DNA of 64,000 nt from Octopus bimaculoides (taxonomy: Eukaryota). Below are positions 25,315-36,945 of the stretch, piece after piece; positions within the stretch are counted from its first letter, which is position 1; every line of letters starts with the position of its first letter. A program made the translations under genes and the position numbers. The stretch covers positions 4,398,112-4,462,111 of the forward strand of contig NC_068988.1 in NCBI RefSeq assembly GCF_001194135.2, read 5' to 3'. The notes beneath the pieces were generated by a model. It worked only from the letters and a program-made list of their open reading frames with translations, made no database searches and was not told the DNA's origin.

Positions 25315-26262
25315 ATCATCATCATCATCGTTTAAACGTCCGCCTTCCATGCTAGCATGGGTTGGACGAGTTGACTGAGGACTGGCGAACCAGATGGCTA
25401 CACCAGGTTCCAATATGATTTGGCAGAGTTTCTACAGCTGGATGCCCTTCCTAACGCCAACCACTCCGAGAGTGTAGTGGGTGCTTTTACGTGCCACCGG
25501 CACGAAGGCCAGTCAGGCGGCACTGGCAACGGCCACGCTCAAAATGGTGTATTTTACGTGCCACCTGCACAGGAGCCAGTCCATTGGCACTGGCATCGAT
25601 CTCGCTCGAATGTCTTTTCACGTGCCACCGGCACAAGTGCCAGTAAGGCGACGCTGGAAAGGATCACGCTCAAAGGGTGCTATTTATGTGCCACTGGCAC
25701 GGAAGCCAGACAGCTGCTCTGGCAATGATCACGTTCGGACGGTGCTGTTAGCGCTCCACTGGTACAGGTGCCAACACGATTTCAAATTCACTTGCCCCAA
25801 CAAGTCTTCGCAAGCCGAGTTTAGTGTCCAATGGAGGAGGGGTTAGCATGGGTGCCAGTCGTAGAATTTGATTCGATTTCGATTTCATTTGCCTCAACAG
25901 GTCTTCGCAAGCGGAGTTTAATGTCCAATGAAGGAAAGGTACGCATAAGTGGGCTGGCTACACCCCTGGCAGAGGCCTTGGATTTAGGTCTCACTTGGCT
26001 TGCGGGTCTTCTCACGCATAGCATATATTTCCAAAGTTCTCGGTCACTAGTCATTGCTTCGGTGAGGCCTAGTGTTTGAAGGTCGTGCTTCACCACCTCA
26101 TCCCAGGTCTTCTTGGGTCTACCTCTTCTACTAACCATTCTTCTATCCCTAGTTTCCTCATTGACCACCAGATAAGGGATCGGGGGACCCTGTCAAAAGC
26201 TTTCTCCGTGTCAACGAAAGCCAGGTACAGAGGTTTTTATCTTTGGCTAGGTATGCCTTGTA
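25315..26262 (-). mobile_element. RTE-clade LINE copy with internal RT deletion, long repeat-containing 3' UTR and (GAT)n tail
   Basis: PLYLAFVDTEKAFDRVPRSLIWWSMRKLGIEEWL is joined at ~26130 to RRGRPKKTWDEVVKHDLQTLGLTEAMTSDRELWK. The 3' end has ggatgcccttcctaacgccaacc and (cat)n on the plus strand. Confidence 0.9.
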
Positions 26263-28069
26263 AATAAATTACTGTTTATAGTTTATTACAAGGGTAGTAT
26301 ATTTGTGAGTTAATTCTTAGTGTGTGTTTTTCTATCAATAAAGCTTCCATTACAACACAGAACACGCATCAAAATTAGATGGGAAAACATTAGTTGATAA
26401 CCCAACCATTCTATATAGAATTCCTAAAAAAATACTAGAATTTTAGCAATAAAAGCTTTATTTTTAGCAAAATACAACCAAAAATTAAATTAGATACAAC
26501 TACAGAATCCTAGTAATAAACTAGGCACTTCAGTAATAAACAAATTGCTGATTTCTGAATGTGACTCAGAGGTAAATGCAAAAATGTTCAATAGCGTGGT
26601 GAGTGATTTTAATTCCAAAGATCAGTGCCACCCAGTTAAATAATATTTTAAAAGGAGCCATTAACAACCACGTCAGCCAGACTAATGTAAGAAGAAACTT
26701 CTACGCGGTCACTTGGCTTGGTTTAAGCTCTAACTAAATTTTCTTTAGTTAAATATATTGAATAGAGTAATTTAGAATGTATTTCAGAATAGGAATAGAG
26801 ATGCTTATGGCTTCCGGGCTGGTCGAATGATGCAAGTTCGTCATACAAATTACACAGACCCTATAACAATAGAAGACCCTATTACAACAGAATGTAATGA
26901 AATATTACATACAGTACATTGATACTACAAATGAAGTTAGTAAATTAACAAGAGACAACTCATTACAAGAATTGTCGACTTTCAAAATGTAAACCAGTCA
27001 TAAGAAGCAAGAAGCACAATAACATAATAACCATATGTATATACCTCACCGTCCACCTCACCAAGCGTTCCTTCAAGTTACTAATAAAATTTAACACTCT
27101 CACAAACATCATTATTGAAGAGACTTGAATATATTCAACACTTCCTGACTTTCAAATAATACATATAGCACAAAAGTATTACATGTACAACCGACACCAA
27201 GGCACAGGTCTTAGCAAATCAAGCATAGCAACTATTATCCAACATCAACTTCTGTTCGACATACGTAGCGACCATTCTCTCATCACAAATAATATTTCCG
27301 ATCTCATCACATCTACCAATTATCACACACAAACACACACACACATGAATAAAGAAAGCAAAGCACTTTTACATTATTTTTAAAAAGCACACCAGGATTC
27401 GACCATATTCACACCAATAAACATTGCATTTGACCTCATATACACTGCAGTACATACATTCAACAATGCTACAATGGAATTAAGACACAATAGAAAAATA
27501 TTTATCCTCAACCTCAACTTCTGCCTTTTGTCCAACCGCTTCCATCAATCAGATACAAAGGAATACTAAAGGACATCAAAAACACAAAAGACTCTGTCCA
27601 GATAAAACTGACAACAATCACCAACGTTTAGACACACTTGTACCAGCGCTATCAAAATCATTGATCCTAGAAGCTGGGTGGATTCATCACAATCCTGAAT
27701 CATAGCAAAACACGAATGAAGCAACATGATACAACCTTATTGCCTTTATATGCAAACCCTGCAAATTTTGCAAAGGTTAATCCTTGAAAACACTAGTCCT
27801 TGATATCTTTATCCCTGATTTTGCTAATTCCCATGTTCCTCAACCAAATAAAACTCATATTAGCACACTACACTCGACTAGTACTACTATTACTATTACT
27901 ATTACTACTAGTCACCAATCTCAGACCATAGATGATGATTTCCACAACAACAAAAAAGTCCTCCACATTCACCATTCTAACAGCCATCAGCAATGATTTC
28001 CATTCACTTCCTTGCAAATCACTCAACACAACAATACATATATACACACATTTCAAATGTGGATCGTTG

Positions 28070-28250
28070 GCGATTTTTTCCCTCCATCTTCCTTTTCTCT
28101 GTCTCCTGCTTCCGAAGAAGAGCTTTGCTCGAAACATAAAATCACCTTTCTTTCCTTCCCTGAGCGTCTGCTAATACTTTGCAAGTACCACGTCCTCATG
28201 ATTTCCTTGTGTTTGTTTTTTGTATTTTTTGTGATTTACTATGTACATAC
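28070..28250 (+). mobile_element. Second copy of the 22205 hammerhead-bearing repeat (core mutated)
   Basis: gctt-CCGAAGA-A-GAGC-ttt-GCTC-GAAA-CATA; the flanks are homologous to 22205-22400. Confidence 0.6.
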
Positions 28251-31249
28251 ATGCATGCATATATATATATATATATATATANNNNNNNNNNNNNNNNNNN
28301 NNNNNNNNNNNNNNNNNNNNNNNNNNNNNNNNNNNNNNNNNNNNNNNNNNNNNNNNNNNNNNNNNNNNNNNNNNNNNNNNNNNNNNNNNNNNNNNNNNNN
28401 NNNNNNNNNNNNNNNNNNNNNNNNNNNNNNNNNNNNNNNNNNNNNNNNNNNNNNNNNNNNNNNNNNNNNNNNNNNNNNNNNNNNNNNNNNNNNNNNNNNN
28501 NNNNNNNNNNNNNNNNNNNNNNNNNNNNNNNNNNNNNNNNNNNNNNNNNNNNNNNNNNNNNNNNNNNNNNNNNNNNNNNNNNNNNNNNNNNNNNNNNNNN
28601 NNNNNNNNNNNNNNNNNNNNNNNNNNNNNNNNNNNNNNNNNNNNNNNNNNNNNNNNNNNNNNNNNNNNNNNNNNNNNNNNNNNNNNNNNNNNNNNNNNNN
28701 NNNNNNNNNNNNNNNNTATATGGCATCAGTCTCTTTCTATATATATTGCCCTTCATACATGCCGATTCCTTAGTCTGCTATTTGTTGTCTACGGAAACAC
28801 ACAAACGATATATATATATATATATAATATGTATTTATATGCATACACACACTCACTCACACACACACACACTCACTCACACACACACACTCACTCACAC
28901 ACACACACATATATTTGTATGTATTGTATGTTTTGATATGCAGATCTAAAATAAGAAACTATTTAAATTCCTGAGAGCTAACCTTCTCTCAAAGAATGGA
29001 AGGATGCAACTGCAGTTGGCCATTATTCATAACAGAACATTCCAGTTATAAGAAATGATGTTGAAGTTGTCTAACAAAGAACGAGGAAAAGTAAAACAAA
29101 AAGGAAAGAAAACAGTTGAGGGAGAATGAAAATAAAGAAAGTACAGAAAATATATAGGAAAACGGAATTGTTGTAAAAAAAGAAACAAAGATGTCGGAAA
29201 GATAGAAAAAGAGACAAAGAATGATATAGAGGTAGAAAAAAAAGAAAGAAAAAGGAAAAAGAGTAAAATAAAGAAATACAAGAGAAAATTAGGGAGTGAA
29301 TAAGAGGCAAAGGAAATAAATGAAGAGAAAAAGAACGGGAAGAAAGTTAGTGAAAGATAAAAGAAGACTAGAAAATAAAAGTAGACAAATAAGGAGAAAG
29401 AGTGAGAGAGAGAGAGAAGGTGTAAAAGGATTAGAAGCAATGCTATATTAATAATATATAATTGCTTATCTGTTTGTTTAGCCATGTCTCTAGAGTTTGT
29501 TGTTGTATTAGTTTATGCAGAGGCAGATGTAGCCTTTCCAGATGAGCTTTATTCAAAGATTTGATGTCAGAAATAGATGGCTTTCACACATCTTCAAGAC
29601 AATTCTTACTCATTCTTTTGCTTTCATTTTCTAATTATTTGCTGCTGTTCTTTCTTGTCTTTTTTTAAAAATTTTGCTTTGTTGTTTTTTTTCACAAGGA
29701 AATACATAAAAATTTCGTATCTATCTCGCTTTATTTTCATTTTTGTTTGCCTGTTCAGAGTAGTTTTCTTTTCTGGAAGATTCTACAGAGAGAAGGAAGC
29801 ACATTATAAAAGTAATAAGAAATCACCAAAATGAAATCACAGGAAAATAATTTCTACCAGTCTATTTTGTTTTTGTTTTTTTGTTTTTTCTTAATCTTAC
29901 TATTTTACTATTATTTTTCCATCAACTTTGCAATTGCTGATGTTAACAGGGCAACCGATTGCCAAACGAAAGAGTCGGTGGTTTGTTACCCATTAGAGAC
30001 ATTATACGGTACCCAAAGCCAACAAACAAGTCTAGGAACTATAATCAACTAACTATAACCAAGGGTAGGTAGATACAATGTGAAAAATTAATGATGGATG
30101 GCATAACTTCAAGACCAAACATTTGAAATATTTAAAACTGAATTTGGTCGTGTGTATAATATTTCTTTATTTGATTCACCTGTATTTTGTTTATAAAAAA
30201 TGTAAAAGAATACACTAAGGTCGAGCTGACTTGAAACAATGATAAAAGACACTTGCTCAAGATGCCATGCTATAAGATCGACTCTGTGTCCTCATGGTTG
30301 AACTTCTTGACCATTTAGCCATGCTGCATCCAAATAATTTTTAGCTATCAAATTTCACTTACAAGGAATTTGTTAACTCGAGTCTGTAGAAGAAACTTGC
30401 TCAAGGTGCCACACAACGAAACTGAACCTAGACTGCTAGGTCGGCATTAATATATTCATTAAGATGATGTACACATAATTACTTATCTTATCATTTATTG
30501 GAAATTGATCCATTCGATTTTGAAATCTGAATGTTATCTCTTGCAATAAGTGCTGGTGCTTTATAAATTGTTGCCAGTTACACATATACACATAGACATA
30601 TACGTGATTACGATATTGAGGATTAAGTATAAATGCTTCGATCAGATCTCCCAATAAAACCAAATTGACCAGGTAGGCATTAAAATTACTTATCATATCA
30701 GCCAATCGCTTCACGTAAACATTCACGATGATTGCAGCACATATTTTGGAATTATGCAGCACACACACACACCTCTCTCATTCCATCAGACATCGAATTA
30801 TCTGAAGTTTGTATTCCGTCTTTTTCAAGGTTTTTAAGATGTGATACCATTTCCTTTCTTATCCGTTTTCAATCTGAAATCTCCTTTGTCTGTTGTATAT
30901 GAGTCGAAGTAGAACTTTTTTCTTTCTTTTTTCTTTTTTGTGAATGACTGTGAATTTCTTTCCGTTCTGTAAAGAGGCTGCTTCCTCCTAACTTGATAAT
31001 TGGCTCTTATTCAACAGATAGGAGTTTTTCGTCGGCAAACACTGTTTCCTCTTCAAAGAAAGCGTGCCCCACATACCACCTCGCATTTTCATAGTTTCTT
31101 TGGATTAGGTCCGCTGTGTCATTTGATTATCTTTATTGGTTACCGTTCTCACCGGTGAATTAGGTTTTAGTGCTACACAGGGTACTTTCTGCTGCTTGTT
31201 TACTGAGAGAATTTTCCTCCTTATTTCCGCAGATTACGGTTTAAAGAAA

Positions 31250-32000
31250 AAGGTCCTTGAGTTTCATGGTTCCAACAATCTGCCCTTCAGGTAATGAGGA
31301 CAGAACAATTGCATTTGCTGATGAGTTGTCTACAGATCGACAACTGCAATAGTTTGTTGTTGTGATCTTTGTTCTCTTAAATTTTCTGTGCAGAAAATTT
31401 CTAAATAAATTTTACTACCACATGTGTAGCAGCAAGTTGGACCGTCTTGAATGCTGAATTATAAATTCTTCTTTGCAGGCCTCTTCTCCAGAACACAATT
31501 CTGACATTGTTTTGTGGTTTTGCGGAGACATGAAAATTTGTATGCCCATGGTGTCCCTTACCAACCACATATTGCCAAAAGCTACATCTACATTGACCAC
31601 TTGCTCATATTGCAACCACGACTGTGACTACTAGCCTAAGGTTGACATCATTATTGATATCCTTGATGGAGACCGCTTATGTTTCTTTTTCCCAAATACT
31701 CCAAGACCAACTCATGGATAGGTGTGTCAAGTACTATGTGAACTTTCTCTTTTGTCAGACATTGCGTTTTTAAGATGGCATGTATAGTGTCATATGCTAT
31801 TCCGCTTCCAGTCAAGAATATTTCTCTTAAAGTATTTGCGAAGACATCTTCTACACTTACATTGATAAAGCAAGGAAACTCCTGTACTTTTGGCAAGACA
31901 AAGTCTGTTACTGAGATTCATTGTGGTACACTTGTACTTGTCCTGTGTTAAAAATCTGTCCAGGTTTTCAACCTTCCTTCAAGATGTTCTATATCAAGGG
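31250..32000 (-). pseudogene. Decayed transposon-like ORF remnant, tentatively Academ (XPG-like region)
   Basis: Multi-frame fragments SVTDFVLPKVQ..VEDVFANTLREI..KVHIVLDT, VVVAI, EEFIIQHSRRSNLLLHMW and TNYCSCRS resemble motifs of Academ-type proteins. This is recognised from memory only. Confidence 0.3.
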
Positions 32001-32168
32001 TTTTTTAATTTTTAAAGAAAAGGTTAGCTTTTCTGTTTCCATTTGAACGCATGATGTGGTTTGTGAGCACATACTGCTGGTGTCGTTAAAACTGTTGCTC
32101 ATTATGCTTTTTTTTTTTTGAATTGCTATTTTTCATATTTTCTGATTTTGTTTTTCTGTACCTTAATA

Positions 32169-32572
32169 TTGGGTTGTCCGGAAAGTTCGTGCCGATTTAT
32201 AGTAGCTTACCTTTCGACTTATTTTAGAAAATGGTTGAGTCCATAAAATAGGATTTGACTGCACCTCCATTTAGAGCACAGTTTAAGCTATCTTTTCGTG
32301 GAAGAAGGTTTATGTTCCTATAACTTGTGTTAATTTTGTAACCCTTTAAAATGGAAGATAAGAAAGTTCATTTTAGGCACTTGATGCTTTTCTTTTTCCG
32401 TAAAGGGAAAGAAGCCTCACAAGCAACCAAAGAAATATGCGCAGTTTACGGTGATGTTTCTTTATCCGAAACAACTGTACGGAAGTGTTTCGCAAGGTTC
32501 CGAGCTGGAGATTGTAGCCTTATTGATAAAGAGCGATCAGGGAGACCATCCACTACAGATGATGACCAAAGT
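32169..32572 (+). mobile_element. mariner (Tc1/mariner) element, 5' TIR plus transposase N-terminus, truncated
   Basis: TA followed by the TIR ttgggttgtccggaaagttcgtgccgatt. ORF MEDKKVHFRHLMLFFFRKGKEASQATKEICAVYG...TVRKCFARFRAGDCSLIDKERSGRPS is the mariner HTH region. No second TIR is visible. Confidence 0.92.
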
Positions 32573-32574
32573 GG

Positions 32575-32700
32575 ATTAACTTAAATTTTTCCTCGTTCAA
32601 CAGCAGTATATTTTTCTTTTCCACCCATTGGATGACAGTCAGTAGATCTGACTGTAGGTATGCCCCGTCACCCACTTCATTGATGACGAGTATCTCAAAA
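32575..32700 (-). mobile_element. CR1/L2-group reverse transcriptase fragment abutting the mariner break
   Basis: AYLQSDLLTVIQWVEKKNILLLNEEKFKLIH matches the LQxDLxxxxxWxxxNxxxLNxxKF motif at the end of the RT domain. Confidence 0.7.
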
Positions 32701-33128
32701 TATGCATGCGATCGGCGACATTGCATGACCAATATCCATCCACACTCGCAAACATATACTGCCAAGTAGAATTAGCATCTTTCTTTTATACCTACATGTA
32801 GTGTGTTAAGATTTAGACCGCAGTAAATACAGTTTCGATCATGGAGTAAATTTATTCAAATATTAATCATAATAAGGTGTGGGGTTTTACATATAATAAT
32901 GAAATGATAAAAAGAAAGAAAGTATACACGGTATACACTGAAAAAGAAGAGACATATGCACAGTATACAAAGGCAAAAAAAAGAAGAAAGTAGCGGTGAA
33001 GATGATAAAGATGTGACCCTCATGAAACAGGAAGGCCTCTTGGCATAATCGAGGAACCCCACTGTCCAGATTGGTACCATCCACTCTAGCTATTTTCGCA
33101 ACTTTCACCCACCTTTCAATAAACTCAC

Positions 33129-33171
<43 letters not shown>

Positions 33172-33223
33172 CAACAACAACAATAACAACAACAACAACA
33201 ACAACAATAATAATAATAATAAT
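33129..33223. repeat. (TAA/CAA)n microsatellite
   Basis: Visible. Confidence 0.95.
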
Positions 33224-33832
33224 GAATGTTGTAATTGAAGAGCTGAAGCAGCGTATGCTTGCCAAGAAAGCAAAGCTAACTACGTTTGAACAACGGATTA
33301 AACAATACCAGCAAAACCAATTGTTTAGAGTCGACTAAAAAAGATTTTATCAAGAAATTGATGAGGATATAGAATGTGAAAGATTAGTTGCTGATGAAAA
33401 TTGACAGATTTTAGGTAAGACGTGGAGTAAGCAAGAACAGCATAGTACTGCAGCTGGAAATTGAAATACAAAAGATGTGGCATCTTAAAGCGAGAACTGT
33501 TCCTGTTGTTGTAGGTGCCATAGGTGTGATCAGAAAAGGATGTCAGAGACATCTAGATAAGATTCCAGGAGAATCCTGTCTCAGAGAATTCCAAAAGATT
33601 GTGCTGACAAATACTGCTCACACCCTTAGAAAAACCCTGTCAATTTCAATGTCTGTGTTGTATTACATGAAAATATTTCACTAGTGACTCTGCCACTTCT
33701 CCTCCCCAAGCTTTCAGTCATACTGTAGCATCTCCTATCCTTCACTCGCCCTAGGACACTCTAATGTGTCTCGGCAAGGGATTGGAACAAACATGCAGAT
33801 TAAAAGTAAATAAAGACAATAATAGTAATGAT
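33224..33832 (+). mobile_element. R4/Dong copy with the entire RT deleted (pre-RT segment fused to RLE C-terminus), UTR and TAA-like tail
   Basis: [52 protein letters not shown] is fused at ~33450 to LEIEIQKMWHLKARTVPVVVGAIGVIRKG..LREFQKIVLTNTAHTLRKTLS. Confidence 0.85.
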
Positions 33833-33844
33833 AAATAATTTTAA

Positions 33845-34127
33845 AAAGCAAAGTACCAGGACCTAGCCACTGAGTTAGAGAGACTATGGAAAGTAGAGGT
33901 AAAATGTATCCCAGTAGTTATAGGTGCCTTAGGAACTATTCCTAAAGATTTGAACAGATAGAGGAAATAGACATAAAACCCAGTTTTGTAAAGCTCCAGA
34001 AAACAGTGTTAGTAAGGACTGCTAGGATACTTAGGAGGGTTTTTGGCATCTAAGGTTACTTGTTGAAGTTTGATCTTCGGAATTTTTCTTTTTTGACAGT
34101 TTAATTGGTTGACCGTATTTGAAATAT
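33845..34127 (+). mobile_element. R4/Dong 3' fragment, different subfamily, in tandem with the previous copy
   Basis: KYQDLATELERLWKVEVKCIPVVIGALGTIPKDL..LQKTVLVRTARILRRVFGI*. Confidence 0.88.
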
Positions 34128-34194
34128 ANNNNNNNNNNNNNNNNNNNNNNNNNNNNNNNNNNNNNNNNNNNNNNNNNNNNNNNNNNNNNNNNNN

Positions 34195-34242
<48 letters not shown>

Positions 34243-34246
34243 ATAA

Positions 34247-34301
<55 letters not shown>

Positions 34302-35121
34302 TGTAGTGATGATGATGATGATAATCTGAAATAAAAACAACTACTACTAATACTACATTAAATGTGATAAAAGTTACTGCAATGTCCATGGACGGGAAAC
34401 AACAATTGGTGTTGAATAACATGACCTTTGTTTCCAAAGGTGAATGATTTATCAGGTGAACGTTCGCAGGTTTTCACAAGATCTAACTGAAGTATTCAAC
34501 GTTTTTTTCCCCAGTTATTATTTTAAATAACCATTTTTATTATTGCTTCTGTTAACTGTAAGGTTAATCACTTCATGTCCAGAAATTTCCAAAGCTTGCG
34601 GCAACAATCTATAGTTCACCTTAAAGCTATTTCATGAGAGAAGATCGTAACCAAATTTTCCAACCTTTACACACTCATTTTATTGTCTCATGCTATTAAT
34701 TAGCTTTAAAAGGAAGACAAGATATTAATACGCGAGGCGAGGACGAGGAAAAGAAGACGGAAGAAGAAGAAAAGAATTCGAAGGTGATGAAGTTGAGGAA
34801 GTAGAAAAAGATGGTGAAGATTATGATGATGTGGAAGAAGAAGGAGAATAACAACAACAATAACAAGACGATTTTTCATTATAACTTGCAGTTTTAAAAC
34901 TCTTAGTATTCTTAAAATCTAGCGACAGCAATTTGCTTGTATTTTATTGCTATTTCTGTCCACATACAATTCCAATAGAAATTGATGCCGCAGAATGTCA
35001 AATTTATCACTTAGATGGAAGGGAAAAAAACGTACGAAAAAAAAAATTGATGATCATACATATCTATATCAGATTTCACTCAATCTAACTTTCTAAAGCT
35101 AGCAACAAACAGCTGACTTTC

Positions 35122-35180
<59 letters not shown>

Positions 35181-36059
35181 NNNNNNNNNNNNNNNNNNNN
35201 NNNNNNNNNNNNNNNNNNNNNNNNNNNNNNNNNNNNNNNNNNNNNNNNNNNNNNNNNNNNNNNNNNNNNNNNNNNNNNNNNNNNNNNNNNNNNNNNNNNN
35301 NNNNNNNNNNNNNNNNNNNNNNNNNNNNNNNNNNNNNNNNNNNNNNNNNNNNNNNNNNNNNNNNNNNNNNNNNNNNNNNNNNNNNNNNNNNNNNNNNNNN
35401 NNNNNNNNNNNNNNNNNNNNNNNNNNNNNNNNNNNNNNNNNNNNNNNNNNNNNNNNNNNNNNNNNNNNNNNNNNNNNNNNNNNNNNNNNNNNNNNNNNNN
35501 NNNNNNNNNNNNNNNNNNNNNNNNNNNNNNNNNNNNNNNNNNNNNNNNNNNNNNNNNNNNNNNNNNNNNNNNNNNNNNNNNNNNNNNNNNNNNNNNNNNN
35601 NNNNNNNNNNNNNNNNNNNNNNNNNNNNNNNNNNNNNNNNNNNNNNNNNNNNNNNNNNNNNNNNNNNNNNNNNNNNNNNNNNNNNNNNNNNNNNNNNNNN
35701 NNNNNNNNNNNNNNNNNNNNNNNNNNNNNNNNNNNNNNNNNNNNNNNNNNNNNNNNNNNNNNNNNNNNNNNNNNNNNNNNNNNNNNNNNNNNNNNNNNNN
35801 NNNNNNNATATATATATATATATATACACGTTTCTTAAATGTATGTATATATGTCTGTATGAATGTACGCATGTATGTGTGTTAATGTATTATATGTATA
35901 TGTGTATGCATATATGTGTATGCATATATGTGTGTGTTTGTATGTGTGTGAGTGCATTTACCTATACACACACATAGACACATACACACATGTCGTTCCC
36001 ATCGTCACACCGTCAGCACTTCACCAATTGCAATTGTAGTTGTGTTTTCTCTGCATCAA

Positions 36060-36185
36060 TGGCTACTGAATAGTTTGAACGACGTCGTCTAATAAAGCAA
36101 GTATTTTTGCAGAAGTGTTTGATGGAGTGATTAAATTATTTCAAAGATGAATAAAATATCCATGAGATTGATCCCTGGATTCACT
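36060..36185 (+). mobile_element. Possible highly decayed mariner transposase N-terminal remnant
   Basis: tgtttgatggagtgattaaattatttcaaagatgaataaaatatccatgagattgatccc loosely resembles the W-x-x-x-FKxG-x-x-S-x-x-D-x-P segment. Confidence 0.25.
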
Positions 36186-36741
36186 CAAACTCAAAGGAAA
36201 GCTAACATGAAAGATGTATTCAGCACTGTTAATAGATAATTGCAAGTATTTCCCCGAAGAAAAGATCTTCTATTTAATGCCGTTTCCATGAATTTCATTT
36301 TTTTCTTTTCTTGCTTTTCATTTCTTTTCGATAGACTCTTCTCGATATTTCTGTTGATGTGTCAAGTGGCAGAGAGAAGAGATGCAAGTATTCCAGTCTA
36401 TGAAACAGTTTTGATTTTTCTTTGAAAGTCATTTCAATTCACTCAAGCTGCTAATACTCTCGAGAGAGCATTGCCCGCCTTGAAATATAGTCAGAGTGTA
36501 CTACACTGAGCGGTGATCCCCGGGGGAGGTGGTAGACTTACATGACACAAGCAAAAGCAAGAAGCTACCGTAAAATCTCTCACCAAAAATAAAGCTGGTA
36601 ACAAATTTCTCCCCGGTTAAACACTACTCTTCTTTCTTACAGCCTGTCTTTAAATCAGTCAAGTGGACTGAGCTAAGTCAAGTTTTCTTCTTTGTTTGTG
36701 GGTGCAGTGCAGCTTGGGCTTCGTTATATTAGTAACGATGA

Positions 36742-36945
36742 AGAGTGAACTGGTAGAATCGTTAACGCGTCGAACAAGATGCTTAGTGACATATCTTTGC
36801 AGTTTGCGTTCTAAGTTCCAGTTCCGCCGAGGTCGACTTTGTCTTTCATTTTTTTCAAATTCGAGAACTAAGTGTCAGTGGAGCAGATGTAATCACAGAC
36901 CACTCCCACCAAATTGCAGACCTTGTGCCTTTTCTTTTTAGAAAG
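36742..36945 (+). mobile_element. SINE of the 59709 family
   Basis: gtgaactggtagaatcgttaacgcgtcgaacaagatgcttag...ccgccgaggtcgactttgtctttcat...aaattgcagaccttgtgcc. Confidence 0.8.

Noticed and set aside
25485-25775. CRISPR-like repeat-spacer appearance
   Set aside because: Repeats are short and degenerate, the spacers are partly homologous to each other, the array lies in an RTE 3' UTR in animal DNA, and no cas genes are present.
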